Positions 27,798 to 40,167 of a DNA stretch of 64,000 nucleotides are shown here, one piece after another. The position numbers and the translations under genes were made by a program. The notes beneath the pieces are model-generated. The model ran no database searches, was not told the origin of the DNA, and saw nothing but the letters and a program-made list of their open reading frames with translations. Source of the DNA: Eledone cirrhosa (Eukaryota); the NCBI GenBank assembly GCA_964016885.1, contig OZ024764.1, forward strand, positions 19,964,001 through 20,028,000, read 5' to 3'. The stretch's first letter is position 1; each line of letters starts with the position of its first letter.

Positions 27798-27902
27798 TTA
27801 CGTCACAAAAAAACATTGAAGCATGCGCAGTGGTGCAGTTGTCGACTTCCTGTCCACGTGTTAGTCTTCCTACAACATCATTTAGAAAACATTTCTGTAA
27901 AT
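27798..27902 (+). promoter_or_regulatory. Candidate ZNF promoter / non-coding first exon for gene B
   Basis: Clustered TTACGTCA (ATF/CREB-like), GCATGCGCA (NRF1-like), ACTTCCTGT (ETS-like) and CACGTG (E-box), then a possible donor GTAAAT at 27897. Confidence 0.5.
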
Positions 27903-28617
27903 ACTAAACACCTGAGACTATAATATAAGTATTATGTCTATTAATATTGTAGATTTAAGCTCACTTTTCACATCACAAATATATATTTTCTTGTTTGTTT
28001 CATTACTGGAAATATAAAATGTTATCGTAATTATCTATATTTTACCTACCTCTAATTAATTAAAGTGAAAACTTTTGTTGTTGCTGAAAAATAAATTAAC
28101 AAAACTAAATATTTAAATATTCTAAAGGTCGTTTTTATATTATGTGATGATATAATTTATATATTTTATTACAATTGTATAAATTTACAGTAGAATAACG
28201 TTGTAAATATGTTTTAAATATATACATAAATAACATAAGTGTGTAAATAACATTATAAATTGCTGGCAATTCCTTGAGAAAGACATTACAAATGCATTGT
28301 CTAAACTGTGTATAATAATATAATTTATTGAACAATAATGATAAAGGAAAGAAAAACACAGTGGGAGATGGCAATTGACCACCAAGTGTGATAATAGGCT
28401 ACACCTCACACCTTAGGGGTTAACTACACACTTTGAGGCAAGCCAACACACTGGCAGCATTACTAAGGTGTTGAAATAACCAGGTACCCCCACGGGTATC
28501 ACCTGACACCTCGGTAAGGAGAGGCTAAGGTGCTGAAATAACCAGGTACCCTCACGGGTATCACCTGACACCTTGGTAAGGTGAGTCTAAGGGGTTGAGA
28601 TAACCAGGTACCCTCAC

Positions 28618-28975
28618 GGAAACGACTAGATTTGTAGAAAAAGTAGGGTGAAAGTATACAAAGAGATGTAGTTTCACAGATCTACTCACACCTCACGCTG
28701 GGTGGGAAATAATTATTTTTCTTAAATTTTTTTCTAGACCCCTTTTCAATATTTTCTCTGAACCCCTTAGATACTTGCAAGAGACGTTTTATTCCCCAGT
28801 ATTAGGGTTAGGGTTTCCGTTTTCAGGAAGAAAAGTCGATTGCAAACATCTAAGAGGTCGAGAAATAAAATTAAGGAAAGATAATTATTTCCCAGCCAAC
28901 TGGAGAAGTGTGTAGCTCTTCTAAACTCCGATAATCCTCTCTCCCACTTCTTTATCTACAAATCTAGTCGTTTCC
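28618..28975. mobile_element. GG-terminal MITE, copy B
   Basis: Same 21-bp TIRs as 2107-2445. Confidence 0.75.
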
Positions 28976-29377
28976 TGCTACTTTGAAGGCCCTATTTATT
29001 GATAACACCATTTGTAAATCTTTGTCAACTTTTCATACGTAAATTGTGAATCAGTTATTTTAAAACAAACTATCAAAGAAGTGATGTCACAGTAACTGTG
29101 TTTGATTTAATCAACTTATTCCCCCCAAACATTGTCGACCTTGTGTCTAAATCAGAAACTATTATAAGATCTTAAATCAACCTCGTAAAGATGAAGGGCA
29201 AAGCTAACCTCGGCGGGATTTCAACCCTTTATGTTATGAGTTCAAATCCCACCAAAGTTAACTTTGTCTTTCATTCTAACGGGGTGGATAAATTAAAGTT
29301 CCAGTAATCTACTGGGGTCTGAGATATTAAGGTTTGAGTAGATTCTATCTTTTTGTGTGTTTGTATTTATAATCTTA

Positions 29378-29832
29378 CTAGAAACCCTGTGACCTGTTGG
29401 GTCACGTTCCCTTTAAAAATAATTTTTAAATAATTAAAATATACACAGACATGTCTATAATCTAAAATGAAATTAGTAGGTAGGCCCATGTATATATATA
29501 TATATGCGTGTGTGTATATATATATGTGTGTGTGTGTATATCTATATGTCACAGACACACACACACAAGTCGCTTGTTATAATTTTAAAATTTCGTTCAA
29601 TAACACCAACAGCTCTCTCTCTCACACACATATTATCTTTCTCTCTCTATTTATGAAGGAACCAGAAAAACCCCATATCTCGGGAACCTGTGCTCTGATC
29701 TACGTGAAACTTATTTTATCCCATTTGTTTTCCCATTTCAGGGTCAACTTCCTTTCAAACTATTTTCCCATTATGCCCCGTTTTGGCTGTATTACATTAC
29801 AGACAAGACACAATCACAGAGTTTTAGGTTTA
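29378..29832 (-). mobile_element. Helitron-like element, minus strand, copy B
   Basis: Paralog of 2847-3362. Confidence 0.7.
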
Positions 29833-29837
29833 GAATG

Positions 29838-30370
29838 TGTGGTTAGAAAAAGCTATCTCACCGCTTTTCACAGGCGCCGCTAAACTCCACTGCAGGTTAC
29901 TCCTCTTCCACGTGCCTCCAACTGCTTAACACCGGGAGCTGCCCAAAACTCGCGTCCACACCGTTTGCTGGTCACCACTAGAGAGAGGCCCTCTGCTGGC
30001 CCTTCCGGTCGAGCATCCTTCCGGCCAAACACCCTTCCTGTCGAGCACTCCCCCGCCTCCGGCCACCGCACGCCTCACACCCTTCCGGTCGAGCACTCCC
30101 CCGCCTCCGGCCAACCCACGCCACACACCCTTCCGGTCGAGCACTCCCCCGCCTCCGGCCACCCCACGCCACACACCCTTCCGGTCGAGCACTCCCCCGC
30201 CTCCGGCCAACCCACGCCACACACCCTTCCGGTCGAGCACTCCCCCGCCTCCGGCCACCCCACGCCACACACCCTTCCGGTCGAGCACTCCCCCGCCTCC
30301 GGCCACCCCACGCCACACACCCTTCCTGTCGAGCACTCCACCGGCCACCCCACGCCACACCATACCCACA
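29838..30370 (-). mobile_element. Solo LTR of the Gypsy family at 60248-63890, with an internal 45-bp tandem expansion
   Basis: TGTGG...CCACA termini. Flanks GAATG/TAATG; the empty site in A has a single TAATG at ~3366. Homologous to 60250-60467. Confidence 0.9.
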
Positions 30371-30658
30371 TAATGTTATAGTATCATGATAGGGTAATAC
30401 AGTTATTTATAGACCTGTGGTAAATGTTGGTTCAGTCCACCCTGGGGAGTGTTAGTGTTGGTTCAGTCCACCCTGGGGGGGTGTTAGTGTTGGTTCAGTC
30501 CACTCTGGGGGTGTTAGTGTTGGTTCAGTCCACCCTGGGGAGTGTTAGTGTTGGTTCAGTCCACTCTGGGGGTGTTAGTGTTGGTTCAGTCCACCCTGGT
30601 GGGTGTTAGTGTTGGTCAATGATAACCTTTATAATTAGAGGCCTGTTGGTGAGGAAAG

Positions 30659-32985
30659 CCCGTCCTTATTCTAGATATTATGGCCCACAACACCCTCCCC
30701 CCTTGCTAATTTGATCACCTAGGTACCGGAAGCTATCAACCACCTCTGTAGATCCTACCTGCATTTGAAAAATGTGTCTATCACTGCGACTTCTACTGTC
30801 AAATTTCCCTGTACATCTACTGCATATGTAGTTTTCCCTACCTGTTAGTTTGCCTGCTATCCCACTACATCTCTTGTGTACCCAGGATCTGCATTGTGTA
30901 CATTATAGAATTTATGCCAGTTCGTTTTCTACATATTGAACAAGGCCATTTCCCTGGTGGAATGACAGTTTTATCCTCTTTTCTACTTATCAACACTTTT
31001 GTCTTAGCTAGGTTCACTCTCAGTCCTCTTGATTCCAACTGCTGTTGCAATAGCCGGAATTTATTCTCTAGCTCCTCTACTGATTCTGCTATAAGAACCA
31101 TATTGTCATCATAGAGAAGTTCCCATGGGCACCTAGTCTTAAACTCCTCTGTTATGACTTGGAGGACTATAATGAACAAGAGCGGGCTGAGGACCGAAAC
31201 CTGATGTACTCCTGCATCTGTAATTCCTCACTAAACTCCATGCCTACTCTCACTTTACTGACAGCACCTCTGTACATAGCTTGCACTGTCCTCACAAACT
31301 ATTCCTCTACACCTAGTTTCCTTAGGGACCACCAGATGACAGATTGGGGTACTCTATCAAAGGCCTTCTCTAGATCACCAAAAACTAAGTATAGTGGTTT
31401 TCTTCTCTAAGAACCTCTCTTGTAGTTGTCTCACTAAGAAGAGGGCATCTGTTTGACCCTTTCTCTAAGTTGCGCTAGTATTCTTTCTGTCACTTTCATA
31501 ACCTGATCCATCAGTTTTATGCCCCTATAATTACTCCTCTCCAGAACATCCCCTTTACCTTTACCTCAATTTATGAGAATACTGCTGCACCTGTTTAATT
31601 CCTACTTCTCCTGATGCTTTCAGCATCTCAGCAACTATCCCCAACAGTCCAGCGGACCTACCATTTTTCATTTCCTTAATTGCCTCTTGGACCCTATAGT
31701 CATCAATCTCAATAGCTGGTCCCTCTGGCGGGTCTACTGAGGGTAGTTTCTTTCCCTTTCATTCTCCACATTCATCAGTCTCTCATAATGACATTTCCAG
31801 GCCTCCTTTTTTTTGAGAATCAGTGACACTAAGTGCACCAACATCCTGATTTACACTGACACACTGCCTTGCAATGTGGAACACCGCACATCTCTGATCT
31901 CCCTATCGCAGGACATTGGCAAACCTTCTACTCTCAGCCTCCCTGCATGTTAAGTAGACCTGACGTCTAGCTTCTCTCTTAGCGGCTGTGTATCGGTCTC
32001 TACCCCTACCATTTTTCCAAGTCTTTTGTCTCTAATGGCTCTATCTACCGTACTGTTCCACCACCAGGTCACCCTCTGTCTGGTTGGAGCTCTGCTCCAG
32101 CCACAAGTTTCTTCAGTAACCTGCAGTAAGTTGTCACATAAGAAATTCCAGTTATCATCCATGTCATAGGACTCTAAATCGTCTTCATTTTCGTCATACA
32201 CATCTTGAAGGGCTTCCCTAAATTTATATTTTACTGAAAAGTCTTTTAGTTTCCAGACCTTCCTTTTTCACACTTTCTTGTATGTCTCACTTTGTCTCTT
32301 GCTTACTGAGATGTCACTAACGACTAACCTATGTTGGGGGGTTACATTGTTCCCTGGGGTATGCCTTAGTATTTGACACCATCTGTCTCTCTTACTGCCT
32401 AACTAGCAAGAAGTAAATCTGGCTCATGTGTTCAACTGATTGGTAGGTTATTAGGTGGTTGGTAGGTTTCTTTAAGTATTGCAAATGGTTAGTCACTTAC
32501 ATCACAAAATACAAGAAGCCTCACTCCTTCTTCATTTCTTGAGCCATAACCATGACCACCATGTACCCCAGTGTATCCATCCTGGAGCTGTCCAACATGA
32601 CCATTGAAGTCCCCTGCTATTATAACTAGGTCTCTGTCATTGTGGTTATCTCTACTTATTCCTTTTCTACATATGGAGCAGGGCCACTTTCCTGAAGGGG
32701 TCAGGGTCACTTTCCTGAAGGGGTCAGGGTCTTATCTCCTATCCATTAGCAATTTAGTTTTGGTTAAGTATATTCTCAGAACTTATCATTTCAAATTCTA
32801 TATCTATAGCTGGTCATCTACATAGAGAAGTTTCCATAGACAGCCAGTCTTAAACCTCTCTGTTATGGCTTGGAGAACTATGATGAACAACAGTGGGCTA
32901 AGAACTAAACCATGATGAACTCCTACCTGTACCTTCAATTCCTCACTAAACACACTTTACTGACATTCTTCTACACCTAATTTCT
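30659..32985 (-). mobile_element. RTE LINE relic, copy B
   Basis: Paralog of ~4282-6640. Confidence 0.9.
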
Positions 32986-33908
32986 TTAACTCTTTAGTAT
33001 ATAAACTGGCCATATCTGGCCAGAATTCTCCAACATCTTTCTGTTCAAACTGGCCGTAACTGGTCACTTATACTTATGTTAAGGTATTGTTCTCAAAATA
33101 AATAACATGAAAATCTCATAGATTTGATATTATGTGAGATAAAGCATTTACTGTGAAAATATAATAGTAAATATAGAGAAATGTGAATACTAAAGGGTTA
33201 ATCTGATGTCACTAATAACTACTTTTATCAGTCAGTATAATCTAATGTCACTAATAACTACTTTTATCAGTCAGTTTAATCTAATGTCACTAATAACTAA
33301 CCTATGTTAGGCAGCACATTCTTCAAGGAAGGCCTTAGTATTTATTACAGTCCATTTATCAATATAGAAATATTATATTAAATTTGTACTGATGTATTAC
33401 AAGTTTCTGAGTATCTTATAATGTTCTTTTATTATTTCAGAATACCAGAGGACATTGGCATTAAAGAGCACGTTACATCAGACATATCCTCAACATTAAC
33501 CACTTCTAATGAAAGACACTACCCATCATTTTCAAATAATTTTGAAAACACTCAACACTTTGAAGGGATTTAGTAATATAACTAAATTTCTCAGTATTAA
33601 GCTGCTATTTGGAACATAACTTTGCACAATTTCATGAAGTTATAATGGAAAGTTTTTAGATAAATATAAAGACTGATATGAAAAGGATAAAACACTTTTA
33701 TATCAGTTGTTTCATCAACACCATTATTTAAAGACTAAAGGAAGCTGTTATACAGAACCGATACAACCTTGTTTATATAAATCTATGGGAGAAATACTGG
33801 GAAATGTTTAACATAAAGAAGAAAAATATCCATATATTGAGAGGAGAAAAATATTAAAACTGAATTATGTGAGAAACTTAGGTGATTGATATTTTTTTAG
33901 TGGGAGTT

Positions 33909-35771
33909 ATGTCGAAAAATATAGTAAAATCACCATTCCACTGTGATATCTGTGGTAAATTATTCTCTGAATATAATAAATTAACTAGACACAAACTAAG
34001 TCATACAGAAGAGAAGACATATGACTGTGATATCTGTGGTAAATCATTCTCTAAAAATACTAAATTAACTAGACATAAACTAAGTCATACAGAAGAGAAG
34101 CCATATCACTTTGATATCTGTGGTAAATCATTCTCTAAAAATACTAAATTAACTAGACATAAACTAAGTCATACAGAAGAGAAGCCATATCACTGTGATA
34201 TCTGTGGTAAATCATTCTCTAAAAATAATAAATTAACTAGACACAAATGTATTCATACAGGAGAGAAGCCATATCACTGTGATACCTGTGGTAAATTATT
34301 CTCTAAAAATAATAAATTAACTAGACACAAATGTATTCATACAGGAGAGAAGCCATATCACTGTGATATCTGTGGTAAATCATTCTCTAAAAATACTAAA
34401 TTAACTAGACATAAACTAAGTCATACAGAAGAGAAGCCATATCACTGTGATATCTGTGGTAAATCATTCTCTAAAAATAATAAATTAACTAGACACAAAT
34501 GTATTCATACAGGAGAGAAGCCATATCACTGTGATATCTGTGGTAAATTATTCTCTAAAAATAATAAATTAACTAGACACAAATGTATTCATACAGGAGA
34601 GAAGCCATATCACTGTGATATCTGTGGTAAATCATTTTCTAAAAGTAATAAATTGACTAAACACAAACGTAGTCACACAGGAGAGAAGCCGTGTCACTAT
34701 ATCTTTGGTAAATCTAAAAATAGTAACTTAGATAGAGACAAACTAAGTCACACAGAGGAGAAACCATATCATAATGATATTTGTGGTAAATATTTCTCTC
34801 ATGTGAGTACCTTAACAAATTACAAACATATTCCTGCAGGAGAGACACCATATTATTGTGATGTCTGTGGTAAATCATTCTCTAAAAATACAAAATTAAA
34901 AAGACACAAACAAAGACATTCAGAAGAGAAGCTATATCACTGTGATATCTGTGATAAATCATTGTCTCGAAGTGATCAATTAACTATCCACAAACGTATT
35001 CATACAGGAGAGAAGCCATATCAATGTGATATCTGTGATAAATCATTTTCTCATAGTACCACCGTAACTACCCACAAACATACTCATACAGGAGAAAAGC
35101 CACACCACTGTGACATCTGTGGTAAATCATTCTCTCATTGTAGTACTTTAACTATCCACAAACGTACTCATACAGGAGAGAGACCATATCACTGTGATAT
35201 CTGTGGTAAATCATTCGCTGACAGAAGTTGCTTAGCTACCCACAGACGTACTCATACAGGAGAGAAGCCATATCACTGTGACATCTGTGATAAATCATTC
35301 TCTCGTAGTAATCACCTAACTATCCACAAACGTACTCATACAGGAGAGAAGACATATCAGTGTGACATCTGTGGTAAATCATTCTCTCACAGTAATCACC
35401 TAACTATCCACAAACGTACTCATACAGGAGAGAAGCCATATCACTGTGACATCTGTGGTAAATCATTCTCTCACAGTAATCACCTAACTATCCACAAACG
35501 TACTCATACAGGAGAGAAGACATATCAGTGTGACATCTGTGGTAAATCATTCTCTCACAGTAATCACCTAACTATCCACAAACGTACTCATACAGGAGAG
35601 AAGCCATATCACTGTGACATCTGTGGTAAATCATTCTCCCATAGTAATCACCTAACTATCCACAAACGTACTCATACAGGAGAGAAGCCATATCACTGTG
35701 ACATCTGTGGTAAATCATTCTCTCAAAGTGGTAACTTAACCAGGCATGTGCGTATTCATACAGAAGTTTAG
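33909..35771 (+). CDS. C2H2 zinc-finger protein B, 620 aa from ATG 33909, 22 finger units (3 degenerate)
   Basis: Same [11 protein letters not shown] start and HVRIHTEV end as genes A and C. The ORF track's start at 33882 is a GTG. Confidence 0.92.
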   Translation: MSKNIVKSPFHCDICGKLFSEYNKLTRHKLSHTEEKTYDCDICGKSFSKNTKLTRHKLSHTEEKPYHFDICGKSFSKNTKLTRHKLSHTEEKPYHCDICGKSFSKNNKLTRHKCIHTGEKPYHCDTCGKLFSKNNKLTRHKCIHTGEKPYHCDICGKSFSKNTKLTRHKLSHTEEKPYHCDICGKSFSKNNKLTRHKCIHTGEKPYHCDICGKLFSKNNKLTRHKCIHTGEKPYHCDICGKSFSKSNKLTKHKRSHTGEKPCHYIFGKSKNSNLDRDKLSHTEEKPYHNDICGKYFSHVSTLTNYKHIPAGETPYYCDVCGKSFSKNTKLKRHKQRHSEEKLYHCDICDKSLSRSDQLTIHKRIHTGEKPYQCDICDKSFSHSTTVTTHKHTHTGEKPHHCDICGKSFSHCSTLTIHKRTHTGERPYHCDICGKSFADRSCLATHRRTHTGEKPYHCDICDKSFSRSNHLTIHKRTHTGEKTYQCDICGKSFSHSNHLTIHKRTHTGEKPYHCDICGKSFSHSNHLTIHKRTHTGEKTYQCDICGKSFSHSNHLTIHKRTHTGEKPYHCDICGKSFSHSNHLTIHKRTHTGEKPYHCDICGKSFSQSGNLTRHVRIHTEV

Positions 35772-37196
35772 CTGTATCAATATCAAACTCATTACATCAT
35801 ACTACAACAACAATTGTGTAGATCCATCATCCTTGCTAAAACTGGGGTCAACCTTGTAGGTTTTATCTATGACAGAGATCATAAACACCAGGTTTCCATT
35901 TTTGAAGCAGTGTTTGAAGATTTTGTGTAAATTAAAGTTTTTCACATTAAACTTTGATTTATTATACTTTAACAGGTAAGATATATATTTGTATTTTTAG
36001 TAAAGGTTGGGAACTTCTGTAATTTAAACCTGCCAATAAAATAAAAACTTTTGTTGTTGCTAGTCAGACATTGATATTAATTCTATTGTCCTGTACATTG
36101 TCTCACATATCACAGATTAAACAGATTTTAACAGTAACAACAGAAATCAATAACTTGTAAGCCTAATATCTAGCTTCCATTTTAACTATTTGATATTGTT
36201 GTTCCCCTCCTGTCTCTTCAGGTCTTTTAGATTTCAACTTCTATCTACTGTACTATTCCATCACCAAGTCAACATTCATCTGGCTGGCAGCTTACATCAA
36301 CTACAGATCTCATCAGTGGTTCACAACAGGCTGGCTGAAAGAAACTTCCAGATATCTTCTATATCATAGCTATCAATCTCCTCCTCCTTATCATATGTAT
36401 CATGTAGAACATCTCTGAATTTATATTTAACAGGGAGATCTTTTACTGTCCCTACCCTTTTCTCTAGGTTGTCTTGTACCAGTCTCACAGTCCCTGTAGA
36501 TCTTATATTTAACAGGGAGATCTTTTACTGTCCCTACCCTTTTCTCTAGGTTGTCTTGTACCTCTCACAGTCCCTGTAGATCTTATATTTAACAGGGAGA
36601 TCTTTTACTGTCCCTACCCTTTTCTCTAGTTTGTCTTGTACCTCTCACAGTCCCTGTAGATCTTATATTTAACAGGGAGATCTTTTACTGTCCCTACCCT
36701 TTTCTCTAGGTTGTCTTGTACCACCCTCACAGTCCCGGTAGATCTTATATTTAACAGGGAGATCTTTTACTGTCCCTACCCTTTTCTGTAGGTTGTCTTG
36801 TACCTCTCACAGTCCCTGTAGATCTTATATTTAACAGGGAGATCTTTTACTCTCCAACCCTTCTTTCTACAGATAGTCTTGTATCTGTCAGTCCCTCTAG
36901 ATATTACACCTAGTATCTAGTCTATGTTGAGTGGTACGTCCTTCTCCAGTAAAGGAGTTAATATTCCCAACCATCTGTCTATCCTGTTTTCTGATGAGAA
37001 TGAAGTCAATCTAGTTTATCTCTTCACCTGATTGAAGTAACTAGATCAAGTAACTAGATGTTTTCCTGTAAGTTAGTGTTGCAGTGTTTGTGTCACCATG
37101 TAAGGTTTATATCTATTAATATAGAGATGTACTAAAGTTTTCACTGTTGTATCTCTACTTTCTAAATATCTTAATAATGTTTCTCTACTATTTCAG

Positions 37197-37563
37197 AATA
37201 TCACATGACCTTGACAGAAAAGAGTCTTTTAAAGACAACAGAAAGATGTTACATACAAGTGATATAAACTTGTTTAGTCTGTGGTGAATTATGGTGAAAT
37301 ATTTCTTCTGAATTGAGATAAATAACAACATTTTCCTTTTTCACTGTCTGGAATATTTACAAGATGATTTTACATTCTGATTAAACTTTGGATATTTACA
37401 AAGGAGTTTTCAAAATATTGGATATTGACAAAGATCACATTTGATAAAATTATGAACAATAGAAATATTTACATCAACATAGGAATATTTTCCAGTAGAG
37501 ATGGGAAAATCATTATACCACTGTAATATTTGTGGTAAAGTATTCTCTCTTCTTTATATGTAG
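37197..37563 (+). pseudogene. Vestigial ZNF exon, copy B
   Basis: Paralog of 10458-10826. Confidence 0.7.
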
Positions 37564-37691
37564 AACATCTAACTAAACACTTTAACTAACAAACTATTTT
37601 GCTATAGAATTGACAAACTTGAAGAATGTTTAATAAATGTTACAGATTTCTCCAAACTGTCGTTTACTAACTTTAATTTGAAACTATATTA

Positions 37692-37942
37692 TCTATATAC
37701 TACTAAAACTCTGTGATTGTGTCTTGTCTGTAATTTAATACAGCTAAAACAGTGCATAATGGGGAAATACTTTGAAAAGAATAAAACAAGTTTTGTATAA
37801 ATTGGAGCACAGGTTCCCAAGATACGGGGTTTTCTGAGTACCTTGATAAATATAGGGAGAGAAAGAGATAGTGGTTGTGAGAGTGAGGAGACAGATGGAA
37901 GAGAGAGAGTGAGAGCTGGTGGTGTTTAATAAAATATGTGTG

Positions 37943-38001
<59 letters not shown>

Positions 38002-38121
38002 GTATATGTATATATATATATATACGTATGTGTATATTTTAACTGTTTAAAAACTATTTTAAAATGATATTTAAAAAATAGTTTTAAGGGAACGTGACAG
38101 AACAGGTCCCAGGTCGTCTAG
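37692..38121 (+). mobile_element. Helitron-like element, copy B, with a long (TA)n tract
   Basis: A|TC...CTAG|T; paralog of 10955-11315. Confidence 0.75.
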
Positions 38122-38767
38122 TTTGTTACTAAATACTAGATATTAGAGGGTCATGTTCTAGATGTGCTGGAAGAGCCATTCCATCTTGTGAGGTTCACAC
38201 CAGCAGCTAGCCACCTCAGCACCTATGGTGGTATATTTATTATATTATTTATTCTTTATCATTAATATTAATATAAAAGATAATTATATATTTTTAGAGA
38301 AGAACCTCTAATTTCATATAGCTTAGGGCTTCAGTAGGTAAAAGTCTGGCCCTGCTTGTCCTGTATTTTTTAGGGGAGAAGTTAGGGAATACAGTTATTG
38401 TGTGAAAGTTTTCTAAATCCTCTTCAGCCACTAACATGGAGAAGATATTTCAGTAAAAAGGTTCACATCCTGACATCTATAGCTGTTAACAAGGAGATTG
38501 GAATTCATTATTAAACAAATGTTATATCATCATCACTGTTTTACATCAGTTTTTCCGTGCTGGCATGGGTTAGACGAGTTATCCTGTTGTAAGCAATGCC
38601 AGGTCAGGTGACCACGTGTTGCTTCTACAGAACCAATTTTGGTTTGGTTTCTACAGCTGGATGACCTTCCTAGCACCAACCTTATTTACATTGAGTACTG
38701 GGTGCTTTTTACCATCTCACCAACTCGACCACTTCACAGTGTGGGCTGGGTACTTTTTAACTTTTTG

Positions 38768-40165
38768 CAGCAGTATTCTCATAAATTGCTACAAAGGTAA
38801 AAGGGAGAGGAGCAATTATAGGGGTATAAAACTGATGGATCAGGTTATGAAAGTGGCAGAAAGGATATTAGCACAACTAATTAGAGAAAGGGTCAAACTA
38901 GATGAGATGCAGTTTGGTTTTGTGCCTGGGAAGAGTACAACCGATGCCCTCTTCTTGGTGAGACAATTGCAAGAGAGGTTCTTAGAGAAAAATAAGCCAC
39001 TCTACTTAGCCTTTATTGACCTAGAGAAGACCTTTGATAGGGTACCCCGATCTGTCATCTGGTGGTCCCTAAGGAAACTAGGTGTTGAGGAATGGCTTGT
39101 GAGGACAGTGCAAGCTATGTACAAGTAGGAGTACATCAACGTTCGGTCCTAAGTCCGCTCTTGTTCATTATAGTCCTCCAAGTCATAACAGAGGAGTTTA
39201 AGACTGGCTGCCCATGGGAACTTCTCTATGCTGACGATCTGGTTCTTATAGCAGAATCAGTAGAGGAGCTAGAGAATAAATTCTGGCTATGGAAACAGCA
39301 AGAGGACTGAGAGTGAACCTAGCTAAGACAAAAGTGTTGATGAGTAGAAAAGAGGACAAAACTCTGATTCTATTAGGGAAATGGCCATGTTCGATATGCA
39401 GAAAAGGAACTGGCATAAATTCTATAAAATGCACACAATGCAGATCCTGGGTACACGAGATGTAGCGGGATAGCAGGCAAACTAACAGGTAGGGAGAAAT
39501 ACGTATGCAGTAGATGTACAGGGAAATTAGACAGTAGAAGTCGCATTGATAGACACAGTTTTCAAATGCAGGAAGGCGCTATAGAAGTGGTGGATAGCTT
39601 CCAGTACCTAGGAGATCAGATTAGCATGGGAGGAGGGTGTTCCGAGGCCATAGTAACTAGAATAAGGACGGGTTGTAAGACGTTTAGGGAGCTACTTCCT
39701 CTGCTGACGAAGAAAGGCCGGTTGTATGATGCCTGTGTGAGCACCGCAATGCTGCATGGTAGTGAGACATGGGCAGCAACTTCAGAAATGAGACATCCGT
39801 TGGATGTGCAGTGTAAATGTGCGTGAACGACCCAGCATGAATGTGTTGAGAGAGAAACTGTGTCTGAGATGGATAGAATGTAGTGTACGGGGGAAAAGAC
39901 TGAGGTGGTATCGACATGTGATGCGCATGGAGGATGACCGATGGGTGAAGAAGTGCCAGGAAATGACAGTTGAAGGAAGACGTGGTCGAGGTAGACCACG
40001 AAAAACATGGGCGGAGGTGGTTAGAACAGACCTCACATCGTTGAAGCTCACGGTGGAGATGACGAAGGACGGTGATGAGTGGAGAGATGCTGTGCTGAAT
40101 AAGACCCGTCCCACCCTTGCGAGCAGGGAATAGCGGACGTAAAATGATGATAATGATGATGATGA
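38768..40165 (+). mobile_element. 5'-truncated RTE LINE with a (GAT)n tail, specific to copy B
   Basis: NYRGIKL, QFGFVPGKSTTDA, FIDLEKTFDRV, LLYADD, RLRWYRHV...GRPRKTW, tail ATGATGATAATGATG. Confidence 0.92.
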
Positions 40166-40167
40166 TA

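Noticed and set aside
28802-28813. Telomere, or telomere-repeat targeting by the CRE element
   Set aside because: Only two TTAGGG units, inside a MITE. The CRE 3' junction in C maps ~135 bp from the corresponding site and shows no TTAGGG.
29926-30381. Overlapping repetitive ORFs on both strands
   Set aside because: Produced by the 45-bp GC-rich repeat within a solo LTR.
33882-33908. N-terminal extension of gene B
   Set aside because: GTG start; the homologous region in A and C has an in-frame TAG before the shared ATG.
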